From: Giardia intestinalis
Taxonomy: Eukaryota
Strand: one strand, 5' to 3'
DNA: 64,000 nt
Assembly: GCA_000002435.2 (NCBI GenBank)
Contig: CM018790.1
In this document: positions 29,284 through 40,300 of the stretch, in pieces
Layout of the letters: each line of letters begins with the position of its first letter
Numbering within the stretch: the first letter of the stretch is position 1
Translations under genes and position numbers: made by a program
Notes under the pieces: model-generated
The model's database searches: none
The model's input: the letters and a program-made list of their open reading frames with translations, nothing else
What the model was told of the DNA's origin: nothing

Positions 29284-32200
29284 CTAGTAAGTTTCAACGT
29301 CTGGGAGAAACGCGCCACCAGTGACGCTCCCAGCTTCTAGCTTGCGTATCAGAGCGCGGAGCTTTAGAATCTCCTGCTTTCTCGACTCATATTCTTGTAG
29401 AAGACGTGGATCAATCTTAGACTCTGCGTTAGAATTAACCTGGGCAACATGCAGCTCTCTGCGCAGGTGATTTATCTCTTGGAGAAGCATAGCGTTCTGC
29501 TGCACCACGGTCGATGTCGACGACTTCTTTGTTGTCTTGGTATTTGCAAGCTTCCTCTCCAAGTTGCAGATGGTCTTTTCAAGGTGGCTAAAGTTACCCT
29601 CCTCTCTCTTCTTGTCCTTCTCTTCAGTGTATGCATTCGGTTTGAAGGTTAGAGCCATGTACGCATATTTGATTGCTTTGACCAGACGCTTGTATGTCAA
29701 GTTCTCTCCCGGCACCGCAATAGAACGTGTGTAATAATTTCCCTCCCCGCTCTTTGGAGGCTTTAGCGCAGAGCTCGGCGTCCGTCCCGATACGCCACTC
29801 GGTAAGGATTTCGCAGAGTGCCCCGATGGATAAGATCTTATCGACCTGGCAGACTTCCTGTTTGATGCACTTGTTCCTATGCGTGGGAGAGTTGTTGCAC
29901 TCTCTGCCTCCTCACTAACAGTACTAGAGCCGCTCTCTTGGGGCTTCCCCATCACGATAGCATTAAGTCCCCCATGGCTCCCTGAGCTGATATCTGCGCT
30001 GCCCGAAAAGAGCGCAGCAAGTACCGGCGGCTTATTTTCAGCGTCCTCGTATGCAATTAGGCCCAATTCATTAATAAAAGGCCTCATTTCTTCCATGCGC
30101 TTGTTAGTTGCAGCACTGCTTTCTTGCACATCGGTGATTTGCTTCTTCAAGGTAAGGTTCCGCCGCTCGAGGTCCTTTTGTGTGGACTTCAACTGGAGGA
30201 GCGACGTTCGGTAGTTTTGAAGCTCCGTATTCATTTCATTGAGACGTACCTTGAGAGACGCTAGCTGCACATCACGGGGCTCCACTTGACGGCTGTACTC
30301 CCGTATTTTATAGTCTAGCACAAAGCGTACTTTCACCAGCTCGCGGATCTGCTTCCTGAGCTCAAAGACTCTCCTCTCACGGTTGCTGATGGTGTCATCA
30401 CGACTAGAAATCTCAAGCCGTATGTTGCCCATATCCTTACGCTGAGATGAGATGAACGCCTTCAGATCAGCGATCTCCTTCTCCTTTGCTAGGAGGAAAC
30501 GCTTCTGATCAAGAAGCTGCGACTCTAGCTCTGAGTACCGCTCCTTTACCTCTGCATTATATCGTTCTACGTCTGCATAATTGTTATACGCCTTCTGTAT
30601 TTTACGCTCGTAGACGGCTGTAAGTTGGTCTGACTCGTGGTAGAGTTCATTTTCTGATAGATTGAAAAGCATTTCATCCGCCTTCCGTTGTGACTCTATG
30701 TCGTTCTCAATGGACTCCATGATTCTCTTGAGCTTAGATAGATCGGCCTCCTTTGCATTCTTCAGATCAGCTACCATCTGTTCTGTTTCTTGCTTAAACG
30801 CTGCTATCTTCTCCTCTATTTCCTTATCGAACGATAGCTTCTGGCCAGCAAGAACGGCAAGATTATCATTTATGAGAACTAGGCGTCGTTGATATTGCTC
30901 TTGAAGGGCTTCAAGGGAGTTCTTGAATAAATTCTCGTTACTGGTGATCTGCCTCTTTAGGAGGATGGCCTTCCCATCGTGCTCAGCCTCTATTCTACTA
31001 TACTCGCTGAGATAGCTCGAAATATTCTCGCTGGTCTTCTGCCTTATTTGGTTAAGCGTTCTGGAAAACTCTGTCTCCAAATACGTGACCTTTTCTTCTA
31101 GCTTGCGCTTCGCTATGGAAATATTATCTCTAGTCTTCGTGATCCGAGTGAGCACGTCCATGAGGGCGGTGCGCTTGACATAGATGGGCATGTGCTTAGG
31201 CACCATCTGCAAGGACTCCTCTCCAGAAATGCCGCCAAGACCTATCGATATCTTGCTTCCCGTGTTGCCTTTCGATAAGACGATTGTCCTGGGGGGCATT
31301 GTCTTATTTATCAGCACGGAGTAGACGACTCCATCCATGGTCCCCACTATAAATCCATTATTGCTTGGATTGGGCACCAAAGATGTTATAGACCCACTAG
31401 AGACGGGTATGACGATCTCCTTGCTGCCCTCTCCTGGTGCTTCTCCGTTCATAATGTTCGTGATGGAGCGGATAGCCACACAACCAAACTCATATCCCAC
31501 AACAATGTAATTCATCACATTAATAAGACAGAGGGCCCTTCCTTTCGTGTACTGGATGCCAGTGGCCCCGGTTATCGTGCTTCCATTGTTAGTGTTTAAA
31601 TATGAACTGTACTTCGGACACTCTGCCATGTTGCTTGAAATGACAATGATATTACCATCAGATGTAATAGCGAAGAAAACAGGAGTTTCTGGTAGAAGAG
31701 CAGAGCTGTTTGGACTCGCTACTGCCGCAGATCGCGAAATTGTGGAAACAATCCCTTGGGTTGCAGACGCGTGTATGGAAGAGCTCAAGTAATGCGCAGC
31801 AGATATTGGTGCTGCATGAATAAAGTGTACAGAGCGGATAGCTGTTGCGGACTCCTTAGTGAGGGTTGTCAAGTTGTAGCGGCAGACAGCCCCGTCTGAG
31901 CACGTGATAATCACATCTGAAGAGTAACGCATACTGGTGAAGTCCCTTGTCACTGGTGAAATAGAGACTATGCGTCCAGAGAAGTCCGTTGCCTTGGCTA
32001 CTTCAGCACGTGTGTACACGTCATATACATAAAGATAGCTACCAGATCCTGCAACCAACAGATTTCCTGCATTAGTGAAGCACAGGGACTTGCAAAATGG
32101 TATTGGAAACTGATGGATCTTCTCCACCCGATCATAGTAGATCACACAGAACAGCACATACTCCGACGAAGCAATGGCTACGTAATTACCAGAGGGGTGT

Positions 32201-33942
32201 ATAGCACAGACACCAAGAACTTCGTTGAACTTACTATATGATTTCTCAACGAGGGTACTGGCATGGAAGAGCCTCACAATGCGATCCGTGGTCACTATGA
32301 TAAGGTTGTCCGAGGAGGGACATGTCGCCATGGCAAATATGTTTCCATTGGTCATGACTGGCTTCAAGAGATAGAGCTCCTGATTAGTGGATGCGTAGGG
32401 GTCTAGTAGAAAATTATGCAACTCCAGATGCTCATTATGGTTGAGAACGCCCACTGCATCAAAATTGATAGCCATTTCATTATAGTCCACTATTTCCCCT
32501 AGCAATCGGGTGGAATCGGTAGTGAGTGTCTTCTTATCTTCTCCTGCTCCTACTGCAGCGACAGCGGCGACAGTGCCAGATTTATCGGCCTTCTGTGCGA
32601 CTTGACATGCCCTTTGTCTGTCCAGCTCATCAATTCGCTTGGTAATCGCTTGCATATTGACAGCGAAAATGATCTTAAACATGTCCGATCCACCGAGACA
32701 GAGTACACTCCGCTCGTTGGTTGTCAGGTGGACAGAGTGGAAGTGGAACGGTGGGCTGACCCGAGAGAGGATGTGATCGATAATAGCCCCTGCTGAGTAA
32801 GAAAGGAGATGCTTGAAGACATGCTCTAGGTTCAACTTTCCCTCTATCTTTGCAGAATTCCCATAGACAACAGATGTGATGAAGTTGCAGATAGGACTCA
32901 TAAGGACTCCGTAAATGTTCAGTATGCCTCCATAGCAGAATGTGGCAAGATAGCAGACGCTACGTTCTTCCTGCTTTACCTCTTCTGCTATCCTATCGAA
33001 GATTCGGACAGAGTTCATTGTGCCAGTTGTGACAGAAGAGCCTGTTGCAGACTCTGCGGAGCGAAGGCCATTTGGGCCATTGCCACCGGGGAAAATTAGG
33101 GCAATATTAGAAATACTGATGTCTTTAAACGCTCTACATTTGAACTCAGAGATGACGGTGTTGTTATACATGATCAGAATGGTACCTTCTGAAGTGCTAA
33201 TAAATATAAGCCTGTCCGTGTCCAGAGGAAGCAGAGGAAATCTTTTCTTTAAGTGGATATTTATGTAATTCAAGTCTGTGAATGTGCGCTTCCCCGGGAG
33301 CAAGGACAGCCCCGAAGGAGGGAGGATCTTTGCACTGGAGTCCCCCAGCTTGATGCATCGCAACACCGGACCAGAGCAGATGACCAGATCCTTGTCGGAT
33401 AATTTAAGGACTTTAATCTTAGAGAAGATGCGCATCTGTGCCATTTGATTCCCCCCTCCACCGACTCCCACAGCCGAGTCGCTAAAGAGATTTTCATGGC
33501 AAATGGTTAGGCTAAAACTAGGTGTGGCTGACTTGCTTTCGTTGTCGAAAATGCAAAAGGCATAGTCTGGAGAGCCAGTGATAACAAGCAACCTAGTGTC
33601 TGTTAAGAGATCTGCATAAAAAAGCGACGCACCAGGCTTGTCAGACACAACCATTCGATGCTTGAACACATAATTTAGCTGGCCCTTTAGCTCATAGAAC
33701 GCTACACTTGTTCCGTCCCGACGCTCTTCCGACACAATGAGTTTATCTCGGGACTCGCTGAAGACAAAGCATACGATGTTTTTCACTCCCTCTCCAAGGG
33801 GCAGCACTTTAACAGTGGACCCGTCAGTGATGTTCTGAAAGACGATGTGGAACCCAGAGAGATAAGCTGCAACCTCTCCTCCCAAATAGTATATGGACTG
33901 TGCTGTCCCAGAGTGTACGCCAAACGTTGTTGTGATAGACAT
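29284..33942 (-). CDS. WD-repeat/beta-propeller plus long coiled-coil protein (1552 aa). Possibly a CFAP57/WDR65-like flagellar protein; identity uncertain.
   Basis: ATG at 33940-33942 verified. The N-terminal ~900 aa have recurring beta-strand-rich blocks typical of WD propellers. Residues ~900-1300 are heptad-rich coiled coil. The C-terminus is Ser/Gly-rich. Confidence 0.8.
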   Translation of the reverse strand: MSITTTFGVHSGTAQSIYYLGGEVAAYLSGFHIVFQNITDGSTVKVLPLGEGVKNIVCFVFSESRDKLIVSEERRDGTSVAFYELKGQLNYVFKHRMVVSDKPGASLFYADLLTDTRLLVITGSPDYAFCIFDNESKSATPSFSLTICHENLFSDSAVGVGGGGNQMAQMRIFSKIKVLKLSDKDLVICSGPVLRCIKLGDSSAKILPPSGLSLLPGKRTFTDLNYINIHLKKRFPLLPLDTDRLIFISTSEGTILIMYNNTVISEFKCRAFKDISISNIALIFPGGNGPNGLRSAESATGSSVTTGTMNSVRIFDRIAEEVKQEERSVCYLATFCYGGILNIYGVLMSPICNFITSVVYGNSAKIEGKLNLEHVFKHLLSYSAGAIIDHILSRVSPPFHFHSVHLTTNERSVLCLGGSDMFKIIFAVNMQAITKRIDELDRQRACQVAQKADKSGTVAAVAAVGAGEDKKTLTTDSTRLLGEIVDYNEMAINFDAVGVLNHNEHLELHNFLLDPYASTNQELYLLKPVMTNGNIFAMATCPSSDNLIIVTTDRIVRLFHASTLVEKSYSKFNEVLGVCAIHPSGNYVAIASSEYVLFCVIYYDRVEKIHQFPIPFCKSLCFTNAGNLLVAGSGSYLYVYDVYTRAEVAKATDFSGRIVSISPVTRDFTSMRYSSDVIITCSDGAVCRYNLTTLTKESATAIRSVHFIHAAPISAAHYLSSSIHASATQGIVSTISRSAAVASPNSSALLPETPVFFAITSDGNIIVISSNMAECPKYSSYLNTNNGSTITGATGIQYTKGRALCLINVMNYIVVGYEFGCVAIRSITNIMNGEAPGEGSKEIVIPVSSGSITSLVPNPSNNGFIVGTMDGVVYSVLINKTMPPRTIVLSKGNTGSKISIGLGGISGEESLQMVPKHMPIYVKRTALMDVLTRITKTRDNISIAKRKLEEKVTYLETEFSRTLNQIRQKTSENISSYLSEYSRIEAEHDGKAILLKRQITSNENLFKNSLEALQEQYQRRLVLINDNLAVLAGQKLSFDKEIEEKIAAFKQETEQMVADLKNAKEADLSKLKRIMESIENDIESQRKADEMLFNLSENELYHESDQLTAVYERKIQKAYNNYADVERYNAEVKERYSELESQLLDQKRFLLAKEKEIADLKAFISSQRKDMGNIRLEISSRDDTISNRERRVFELRKQIRELVKVRFVLDYKIREYSRQVEPRDVQLASLKVRLNEMNTELQNYRTSLLQLKSTQKDLERRNLTLKKQITDVQESSAATNKRMEEMRPFINELGLIAYEDAENKPPVLAALFSGSADISSGSHGGLNAIVMGKPQESGSSTVSEEAESATTLPRIGTSASNRKSARSIRSYPSGHSAKSLPSGVSGRTPSSALKPPKSGEGNYYTRSIAVPGENLTYKRLVKAIKYAYMALTFKPNAYTEEKDKKREEGNFSHLEKTICNLERKLANTKTTKKSSTSTVVQQNAMLLQEINHLRRELHVAQVNSNAESKIDPRLLQEYESRKQEILKLRALIRKLEAGSVTGGAFLPDVETY

Positions 33943-34196
33943 TCCGGCCTTGCAGTGACTAAACTGGCACTCCTACAAGCGGATTTAATCTTTAGATTCC
34001 CTAAAATTGTCTGGCATTTATCTGGCATCAGAATTTGCCATAAATATTAAATTTCAGCATTTCACTTCACATGTCATATAAAATTTAAAAATATAAGTCA
34101 TGAAGTCATGTATCATCAAAATAGAAGAAATTAGTGTTATGCAACGCTCGGAAAAACCTGAAAAAACTAAAAACTGCGGCAGCGGTCTGGCGATCC

Positions 34197-35219
34197 ATGG
34201 CTACTCATCCACTGCCTAAGGACTACGAATTTATCTCGCAGATTGGCGAGGGGACCTACGGGACTGTTAGTAAGTGTTCTCTCCACGGGCAGTTGCTTGC
34301 GGTGAAACGTATCAAGATGGATTCGTCCTCCAAAGGGGTTCCGGCTACGACGCTCCGCGAGGTGGCGATTCTGAAGGCCCTCAATGCGAAACAGCGTGAG
34401 TTGGTGGAGCAAGGAAAGCTTGAAAGTCTGTCACAGGCGAATGTGGTTAATCTTTTAGACGTTGTTTATGACTTGAGCAACATATTTCTAGTTTTTGAGT
34501 ACTGTCACGTTGACCTAGATCAGTATCTCAAACACAATGTCCTGTCTCCTTACCAGATAAAAAAGTTCATGTACCAGCTCCTCCAGGGCCTCAGTTTGGT
34601 TCATAAGAACGAGATCTTGCATCGTGACATCAAGCCCAACAACATCTTGTTGGCCTTTCGCGGAGATGCAGGGGAACAATTGGCCGCCAATGCGTCTGTG
34701 ACTACGCCGAATCCGGACGCAGACAATTGTGTTTTGAAGATTACGGACTTCGGCCTTGCACGGTCATACGGCATAAACGTGACGTCCATCTCGGCCAATG
34801 TCGTCTCCCTGTGGTACCGGGCTCCCGAGCTTGTTCTAGCCTCGAAGACGTACTCCACGGCTGTCGACATGTGGTCCATGGGGTGCATAATGTACTTCCT
34901 TGCGAATAAGAGGGCCCTGTTTCAGGTTCGAAAGGATGCAGATCTGCTGCAGCTGGCGTTTAGCTACTTCTATGTCGACTCCTCTTCTATTTCTGACCTC
35001 ATTTCTCTGCCCAACTGGAATATGTACGTTGGAGAGAACCAGGTCATCGACTTAGCGGCGCTCAATGCCCCGGGGCGCAAGCCCCGTGAGGTAGACATTA
35101 ACATAGATGACGTCGGTAAAGACCTCTTCTACAAGCTCCTGATGCTGAACCCCAGCAAGCGAATTTCGTGCGACGAAGCTCTCCAGCATCCGTGGTTCGA
35201 CGACCTAAAGAAGGGCTAG
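34197..35219 (+). CDS. cyclin-dependent kinase family Ser/Thr protein kinase
   Basis: The track start is GTG 34134; ATG at 34197 gives MATHPLPKDYEFISQIGEGTYGTVSK (Gly loop). A PSTAIRE-like helix PATTLREVAILKAL is present, together with HRDIKPNNILL, DFGLARS and WYRAPE, all in canonical order. Confidence 0.9.
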   Translation: MATHPLPKDYEFISQIGEGTYGTVSKCSLHGQLLAVKRIKMDSSSKGVPATTLREVAILKALNAKQRELVEQGKLESLSQANVVNLLDVVYDLSNIFLVFEYCHVDLDQYLKHNVLSPYQIKKFMYQLLQGLSLVHKNEILHRDIKPNNILLAFRGDAGEQLAANASVTTPNPDADNCVLKITDFGLARSYGINVTSISANVVSLWYRAPELVLASKTYSTAVDMWSMGCIMYFLANKRALFQVRKDADLLQLAFSYFYVDSSSISDLISLPNWNMYVGENQVIDLAALNAPGRKPREVDINIDDVGKDLFYKLLMLNPSKRISCDEALQHPWFDDLKKG

Positions 35220-35451
35220 TGGACTTGGCCAGTAGGTATGATCGGGGCCGTGAAAGCTCTAGATATGCTGCTGTGTTTACTAGCGTGGCGCTACCTGGCA
35301 CCACACAAGTCACCTATACGCTTTCACTTAATACAGTGAATTGGCTCCATCACCCCGTTTTTGTCTAGCCCCTTCCCGACTTGCGCCGTCTCTTGACGTT
35401 CTGGACCGGCTGGGTCGATAGTGCTGACGGGTGCTGCTCACCAAAGACGGA

Positions 35452-36006
35452 TCACTGGTTGAGGAGCTCGTAGTGGTCGATGTTGTCCGCATATCGCAGG
35501 ATCTTCCGCTTGATGCTGCTGTTGTTGGTCCAGGTAACAAAGTCCTCGTGTCCTCGCGTCACATGCAGCGCCGGATTCACCACGACATTCGGGCCCACTC
35601 GAACGTGCCCCTGCTTAACAAACCTGACTCCGTCTTGAATCTTTTGGACCATCTTGAGCTTCATCATTATGCAGGGCAACCGGCGGAGAAGCAGTGCAGA
35701 CGAGTTCAGTTTGGATATATCGTCAAGGCTGGCCTGGGCGTTATCCACGACCCCCATGTCATACAGGATACGAGATAAACGCCTGGTGAGCTCGATGCGC
35801 ACATTGTTGTCCTGTGGAAGCTGGGTCAAGAGCTCGACCATGTGACGGATCTTTCGCATAGTCTGACGGTAGGTAATAAGTTCGCGCCTATCATACACGC
35901 CATACTTGTTCATTGTTGCGCTGTCGATGATGCTATATGAATCCTTCCAGTCGTAGAGGCTTGTCTTCTTTAGAAGCTTCTCTTCATGGTACTTGAGGGC
36001 ACGCAT
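35452..36006 (-). CDS. IMP3: U3 small nucleolar ribonucleoprotein IMP3 (S4-domain protein)
   Basis: ATG at 36004-36006 verified, preceded by gcaattaaaaaATG. [14 protein letters not shown]…[43 protein letters not shown] is collinear with eukaryotic IMP3 (MVRKLKFHEQKLLKQ…[39 protein letters not shown]). Confidence 0.85.
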   Translation of the reverse strand: [184 protein letters not shown]

Positions 36007-36016
36007 TTTTTAATTG

Positions 36017-36409
36017 CTACTCCGTCTCTGGGCTACGCATGGCAAGCTGAGCCGTTATTGCCTCCATCTCGGCCCGATCTTCTTCGAAAAACTGACTGTC
36101 CAATGCATCTTGTTGCATATAAACGGCCAGCCTGGAGAGGCCGTGACACTCTCCCACTGGAGCCAGCAACGCACTGTAAAACGCCGGCTCTGTAAGCTTC
36201 TCGAGCATGTACAGTGCCCGTGGGTACTTTACGTAACACGAGTACTCAGGCCGTCTAACATATTGCAGATAGCGTAGATAGGCGCGAAAACTCTCATCTT
36301 CAAAGTATTGCGCATCTAACAGACTTTGGACGTATTCAAGGTTTGCTAGCAAATGCACAAACTCCAAGTCCGCCTGAAGCCTGATGTGATCCGGGGGAAG
36401 TGTCGCCAT
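36017..36409 (-). CDS. MED31: Mediator complex subunit Med31 (SOH1)
   Basis: ATG at 36407-36409 verified, preceded by ccaacaattaATG. RLQADLEFVHLLANLEYVQSLLDAQYFEDESFRAYLRYLQYVRRPEYSCYVKYPRALYMLEKL is collinear with the Med31 core ([63 protein letters not shown]). Confidence 0.75.
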   Translation of the reverse strand: MATLPPDHIRLQADLEFVHLLANLEYVQSLLDAQYFEDESFRAYLRYLQYVRRPEYSCYVKYPRALYMLEKLTEPAFYSALLAPVGECHGLSRLAVYMQQDALDSQFFEEDRAEMEAITAQLAMRSPETE

Positions 36410-36470
36410 TAATTGTTGGAAACCTTTCAGTTATAAATAAGGTTGCAAATATAGAAATATTAGGTTGAAG
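36410..36470. promoter_or_regulatory. 61-bp A/T-rich divergent promoter region shared by MED31 (-) and the copine-like gene (+)
   Basis: taattgttggaaacctttcagttataaataaggttgcaaatatagaaatattaggttgaag lies between the two verified ATGs. This matches Giardia's short bidirectional A/T-rich promoter architecture. Confidence 0.5.
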
Positions 36471-37265
36471 ATGGGCAAGGCGAAGTTGGCGCGCGACATT
36501 AAATCACTGATAAAGAACTACTACAAGACCTACGAAGAACTTGAAGCGGGCCTGCGTAAGGCAGGAGTCGAGTCCATGCAGATGGTCGTGGGCATAGATT
36601 TCTCGAAGTCAAACGAGTGGACTGGCGAAAAGAGCTATCGTAGAGCACTTCATGATGCTAGAGGAGGGGAGACGCCATACTCCAAGGCCATGCGCATTAT
36701 GTCTCGAGTAATCAGCAGATTCGACGACGACGACATCTACCCCGTGTACCGCTTCGGGTGCATTAACACTAAGGACAAGTCTGTCCTTCCTCTCCTGTAT
36801 CCTGATCAAGAAGACCCCCACTTCGAAGGCTTTGACGCCGTGAAGAGGGCGTACGAACACATCGCGCCCCAGATCGAGATGTCCGGCCCGACCACCTTTG
36901 CTCCGATGATCCGCCAGGCGATAGAGATATCTAAGGAATCCAATGGTCAATACATGATTCTCGTCCTGCTCACAGACGGTGACGTTTCAGACATGGTTGA
37001 GGATATGAAGGCGCTCCAAGAAGCGTCCAACTACCCCCTGAGTATCGTTGCTGTTGGTTTAGGCGATGGTCCGTTCGACAAAATGCACATTTTCGATGAC
37101 GATGTCCGTGGTCGCAAGTTCGACAACTTCCAGTTCGTGAACTTCACAGAGGTTGAAATGAAAGCAGGGAAGTGCGAGAACCCAGAACTGGTGCTTGCCA
37201 CCGCCATGATGCAGGAGATCCCCAGCCAGTTTGCTTTCATTAAGAAGCTAGGGTATCTCAACTAG
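36471..37265 (+). CDS. copine-family vWA-domain protein (A domain only, no C2 domains)
   Basis: The track start is TTG 36465; ATG is at 36471. VGIDFSKSNEWTGEKSYRRALHD… and …ILVLLTDGDVSDM… match the copine/RGLG von Willebrand A domain (MIDAS-type DxSxS…T…D spacing). Confidence 0.85.
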   Translation: MGKAKLARDIKSLIKNYYKTYEELEAGLRKAGVESMQMVVGIDFSKSNEWTGEKSYRRALHDARGGETPYSKAMRIMSRVISRFDDDDIYPVYRFGCINTKDKSVLPLLYPDQEDPHFEGFDAVKRAYEHIAPQIEMSGPTTFAPMIRQAIEISKESNGQYMILVLLTDGDVSDMVEDMKALQEASNYPLSIVAVGLGDGPFDKMHIFDDDVRGRKFDNFQFVNFTEVEMKAGKCENPELVLATAMMQEIPSQFAFIKKLGYLN

Positions 37266-37269
37266 CCGG

Positions 37270-37276
37270 AGTGAAT
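37270..37276 (+). promoter_or_regulatory. putative polyadenylation signal AGTGAAT for the copine-like gene
   Basis: AGTRAAY match 5 nt after the TAG stop. Confidence 0.4.
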
Positions 37277-37301
37277 GGTGGGAGAGCTTTATGCAAACTA
37301 C

Positions 37302-40300
37302 TTAATGTGCTACCGTTCGCTTGATCTTGAGCCTCACGGTCATTGTTTCTTTTGTGGTCGTCTTCTCCTGTGTAACCAGGTAAGACTGCCGCCTGTCGGG
37401 CTTTGGTATTGAATCTTTTGCATCTGTGCGGTGCTCTTCTTGCTGTCTGTGCTCGTACTCCTCCTGCTCATCCTCCACAGAGAAGAGGGCTAGGTGCTTC
37501 ACAGGCTTTTCGTGCCTAGTTGTCTTCCATATGTACTCCTCTATGCTGGCCACTGATTGGGGAGAGTCCCCGTGAATAAAGTGGACTTCACAAACTGTGT
37601 ATGACCTCATGGCCTTTTTGACCTCTGTCCAGACAACCTTGGCAGCCAGAAGGGTTTGTGAGCCCGGAGAAATGATGGTGAAAAGATCCGTGGAGCCAGT
37701 CCCCACCAGGTACACGTCGTCGACGTTTGTGGAGAGCTTGTAGACGAAGAGAGCGTTATAATTATGGCAGTACACAAGTGCAAGTTCGTTTTGAGGATCT
37801 ACAGAGATGAAGGATATGCAGGGGAGGATCTTGCCATAAGTCTTGTACTTATTAGAAGAGATTCCTAACAAAGGGTCATTCAGCTGGCTAAATGGCGGTA
37901 GCATGCTCAGCTTATAGCGCTCCGCCTTGTGCTCCAGGAAGTAATTGTATGCCTGCTCAAGAACCAGAGGCTTCTGCAGATTGAGGGCCTGGGTGGAGGA
38001 TTCGAGGAACTTAATCGTGAGGAAGCCAGGAGTGAAGCCATGAAGGACGGAAATATCGTTGCCTGTGGTTAGGCGAACCAGCACAATCGGGGATAAAGAA
38101 TAGGAAAAGTCGAAGAGACACTCACGCAGAGAAGCCAGGAGGGATTTCCGGTTAAGAACAGAGTTCTCAAGCGGAAGGGTGGTCAGAGGGCCTGCTCCGA
38201 TCAAGCTGTCTGTTGTCCGATCCAGTGTAGAAAGCCTCTGCATCTGGCAGACCAGCAGCTGTATGAACCGGGTGGAGTGGTGCCTCCAGACGTTCTGCTC
38301 ATGCCTCCTGACGTATTTAACAAACACGTAGATGGACCGAATGGAGAGCGTGGTCGGCGACTCAGATAAAATCTTCTGAGCATCCTCGAAGAAGCACTCG
38401 TGCAGATGGCATTGGCAAGCAGGGCCCTCACCCTTCTGTGCTCGGCTGGTGGTGCCTATACTGTTGTTAGATGCGTAAAGGCCCCTGTAGTACCCCGAGA
38501 TTCCTTTACAGCTAGAGACAAGAGCCGATGAGGCACCAACCAGCTCTTGCAGGGCAGTGGTCTTCAGCAGGATATGGCTGCACTGGGCTGGCATCAGCGT
38601 GGGTACTGCCGATGCATAGGTGCAGACCGTGCGGAGCAAGAAGGCCAGGTTAGTCAAAAAGTATGAGGCAAAGCCGGGAGAAAGACGCTTGAAGTCGGCA
38701 TCGGCAAAGTTGTTCCTAAAGTAGCACGCTATGGCTGTGGATTCATCTAGGGTTGCATCGAGAAGGGCTGTCACATGCTCTTCCAGACCTAGCTGTTCGC
38801 TTAGGTTCAAGTTCTTTATGAATGCCAGGGCTTCAAAAGCGAGCACAGCCTTGTAGAAGATCTCACGGTGAATGACCAGGATGTGTATAGGTGGGAGCTG
38901 CGTGCACAGCGTAAGCTTAAAGCTGAGCTCGCACACCTCGGTTGTTGCAAGTACCAGCGTGTTAAGGGTGTTCTTAGGGATGGCTTCTTCGAGAAGAAGC
39001 TTGGAGAGGCGTGCAGTGAGTAGCCGTAAAAATGCAACGGCCGCAAACTTAGAGAACGGCGAGCTAATAGCCAAGAACGGGAACACGAGACGCATAGAAG
39101 GAAGACGCCCCGGATTCGCCAACAAATAGCTTTCAATTGCAAACCCCAAAGCTGCGTCAATAGCTGATAGGAAGGGCCTTCGATCGGCCTCCTGGAGGAA
39201 CCTGTAGAGCACGCCTGCCATCACCAACACAGAGAGGCAACTGAGAGTGAAAGAGAGCTTGTGATTATAAAGGTGGTCCGGAGTAAGCTCTGTGAGCAGG
39301 CAATTGACAACTTCGCGGCAGTTGAGTAGGTCTGACGCGAAGAAGTCAAGGTGCTGACAGGCTGACGTTGAGGCGCGCCCAAGCTTGAGCCGGCTCCGTA
39401 GGCCCTCTGTTATGAACCCGTCTTTCTGAGCCATCACCATAAAGATGTTGTGGTAGAGCCTTTTCAACGGGGTAATTAGGATGGTCGCCAGAATTCGTTG
39501 TGTACTGTTATAGACCTGGAGGAACCCAAGGGAGTCCAGAGAGTAGTAGTCCGAGGGAAGATATGCCTCAACAACGGCCTCGAGCAAACTCGGTGTGGGG
39601 CTTGCAGCTGCATCATACATGACACTTAACATCTGACTAGTCGTCGAATACTTCGATGGAAGCCGTGGAGTAGCACTTATATGGTCAGCGATACTTTCGT
39701 TAGAACTAGACTCATTGTCGTCACTCTCCAATGCTGGCTGCAACTCATCAGATAGTACATGTGTGATAGCACTGCGCTCTTGCTGGAGCATCTCCGGAAC
39801 AACTGTGCTGCCAGCGTGTTGATGAGCGCGTGGAGACGTAGGGGCTTCCACGGAAACTCCCGCTGCTGGATACTCAAAAGCAAACCTGCTGATCATCGCA
39901 TCGACCCATGCCGGTGTCATAGGGACGCTGAGGCTGGCACTTGCACCAATAGTGTGATCTAGGCTGGGTGAGACAGCAAGCTCCTTCAGGATATTGTCTA
40001 TGCTCTCTAACTCAGCCCTATAGTCTATACTCTGCTTGCTTGTTGCCGAGGAGATGTTTATGCAGAGGCGAAGAAAGCGGTGCACCCTTCCTTTCATCGG
40101 CCGGATCGCATACTCTCCTGCATAGCCTTCTCTTCTCTTGAATGTGTCCAACTTCCTCTTCAAGGAGATTGCACTCGTCATGCCATCGTCGTGGAACTGG
40201 GAGCCGTGGGCAGACAGTGCGTAACTTCTGGTCGCGCTGGATTCAGAGAGGAGGTCGTCGGACATGTCGGTGTCATTATCAACGGAAACGTAGAGGGAGC

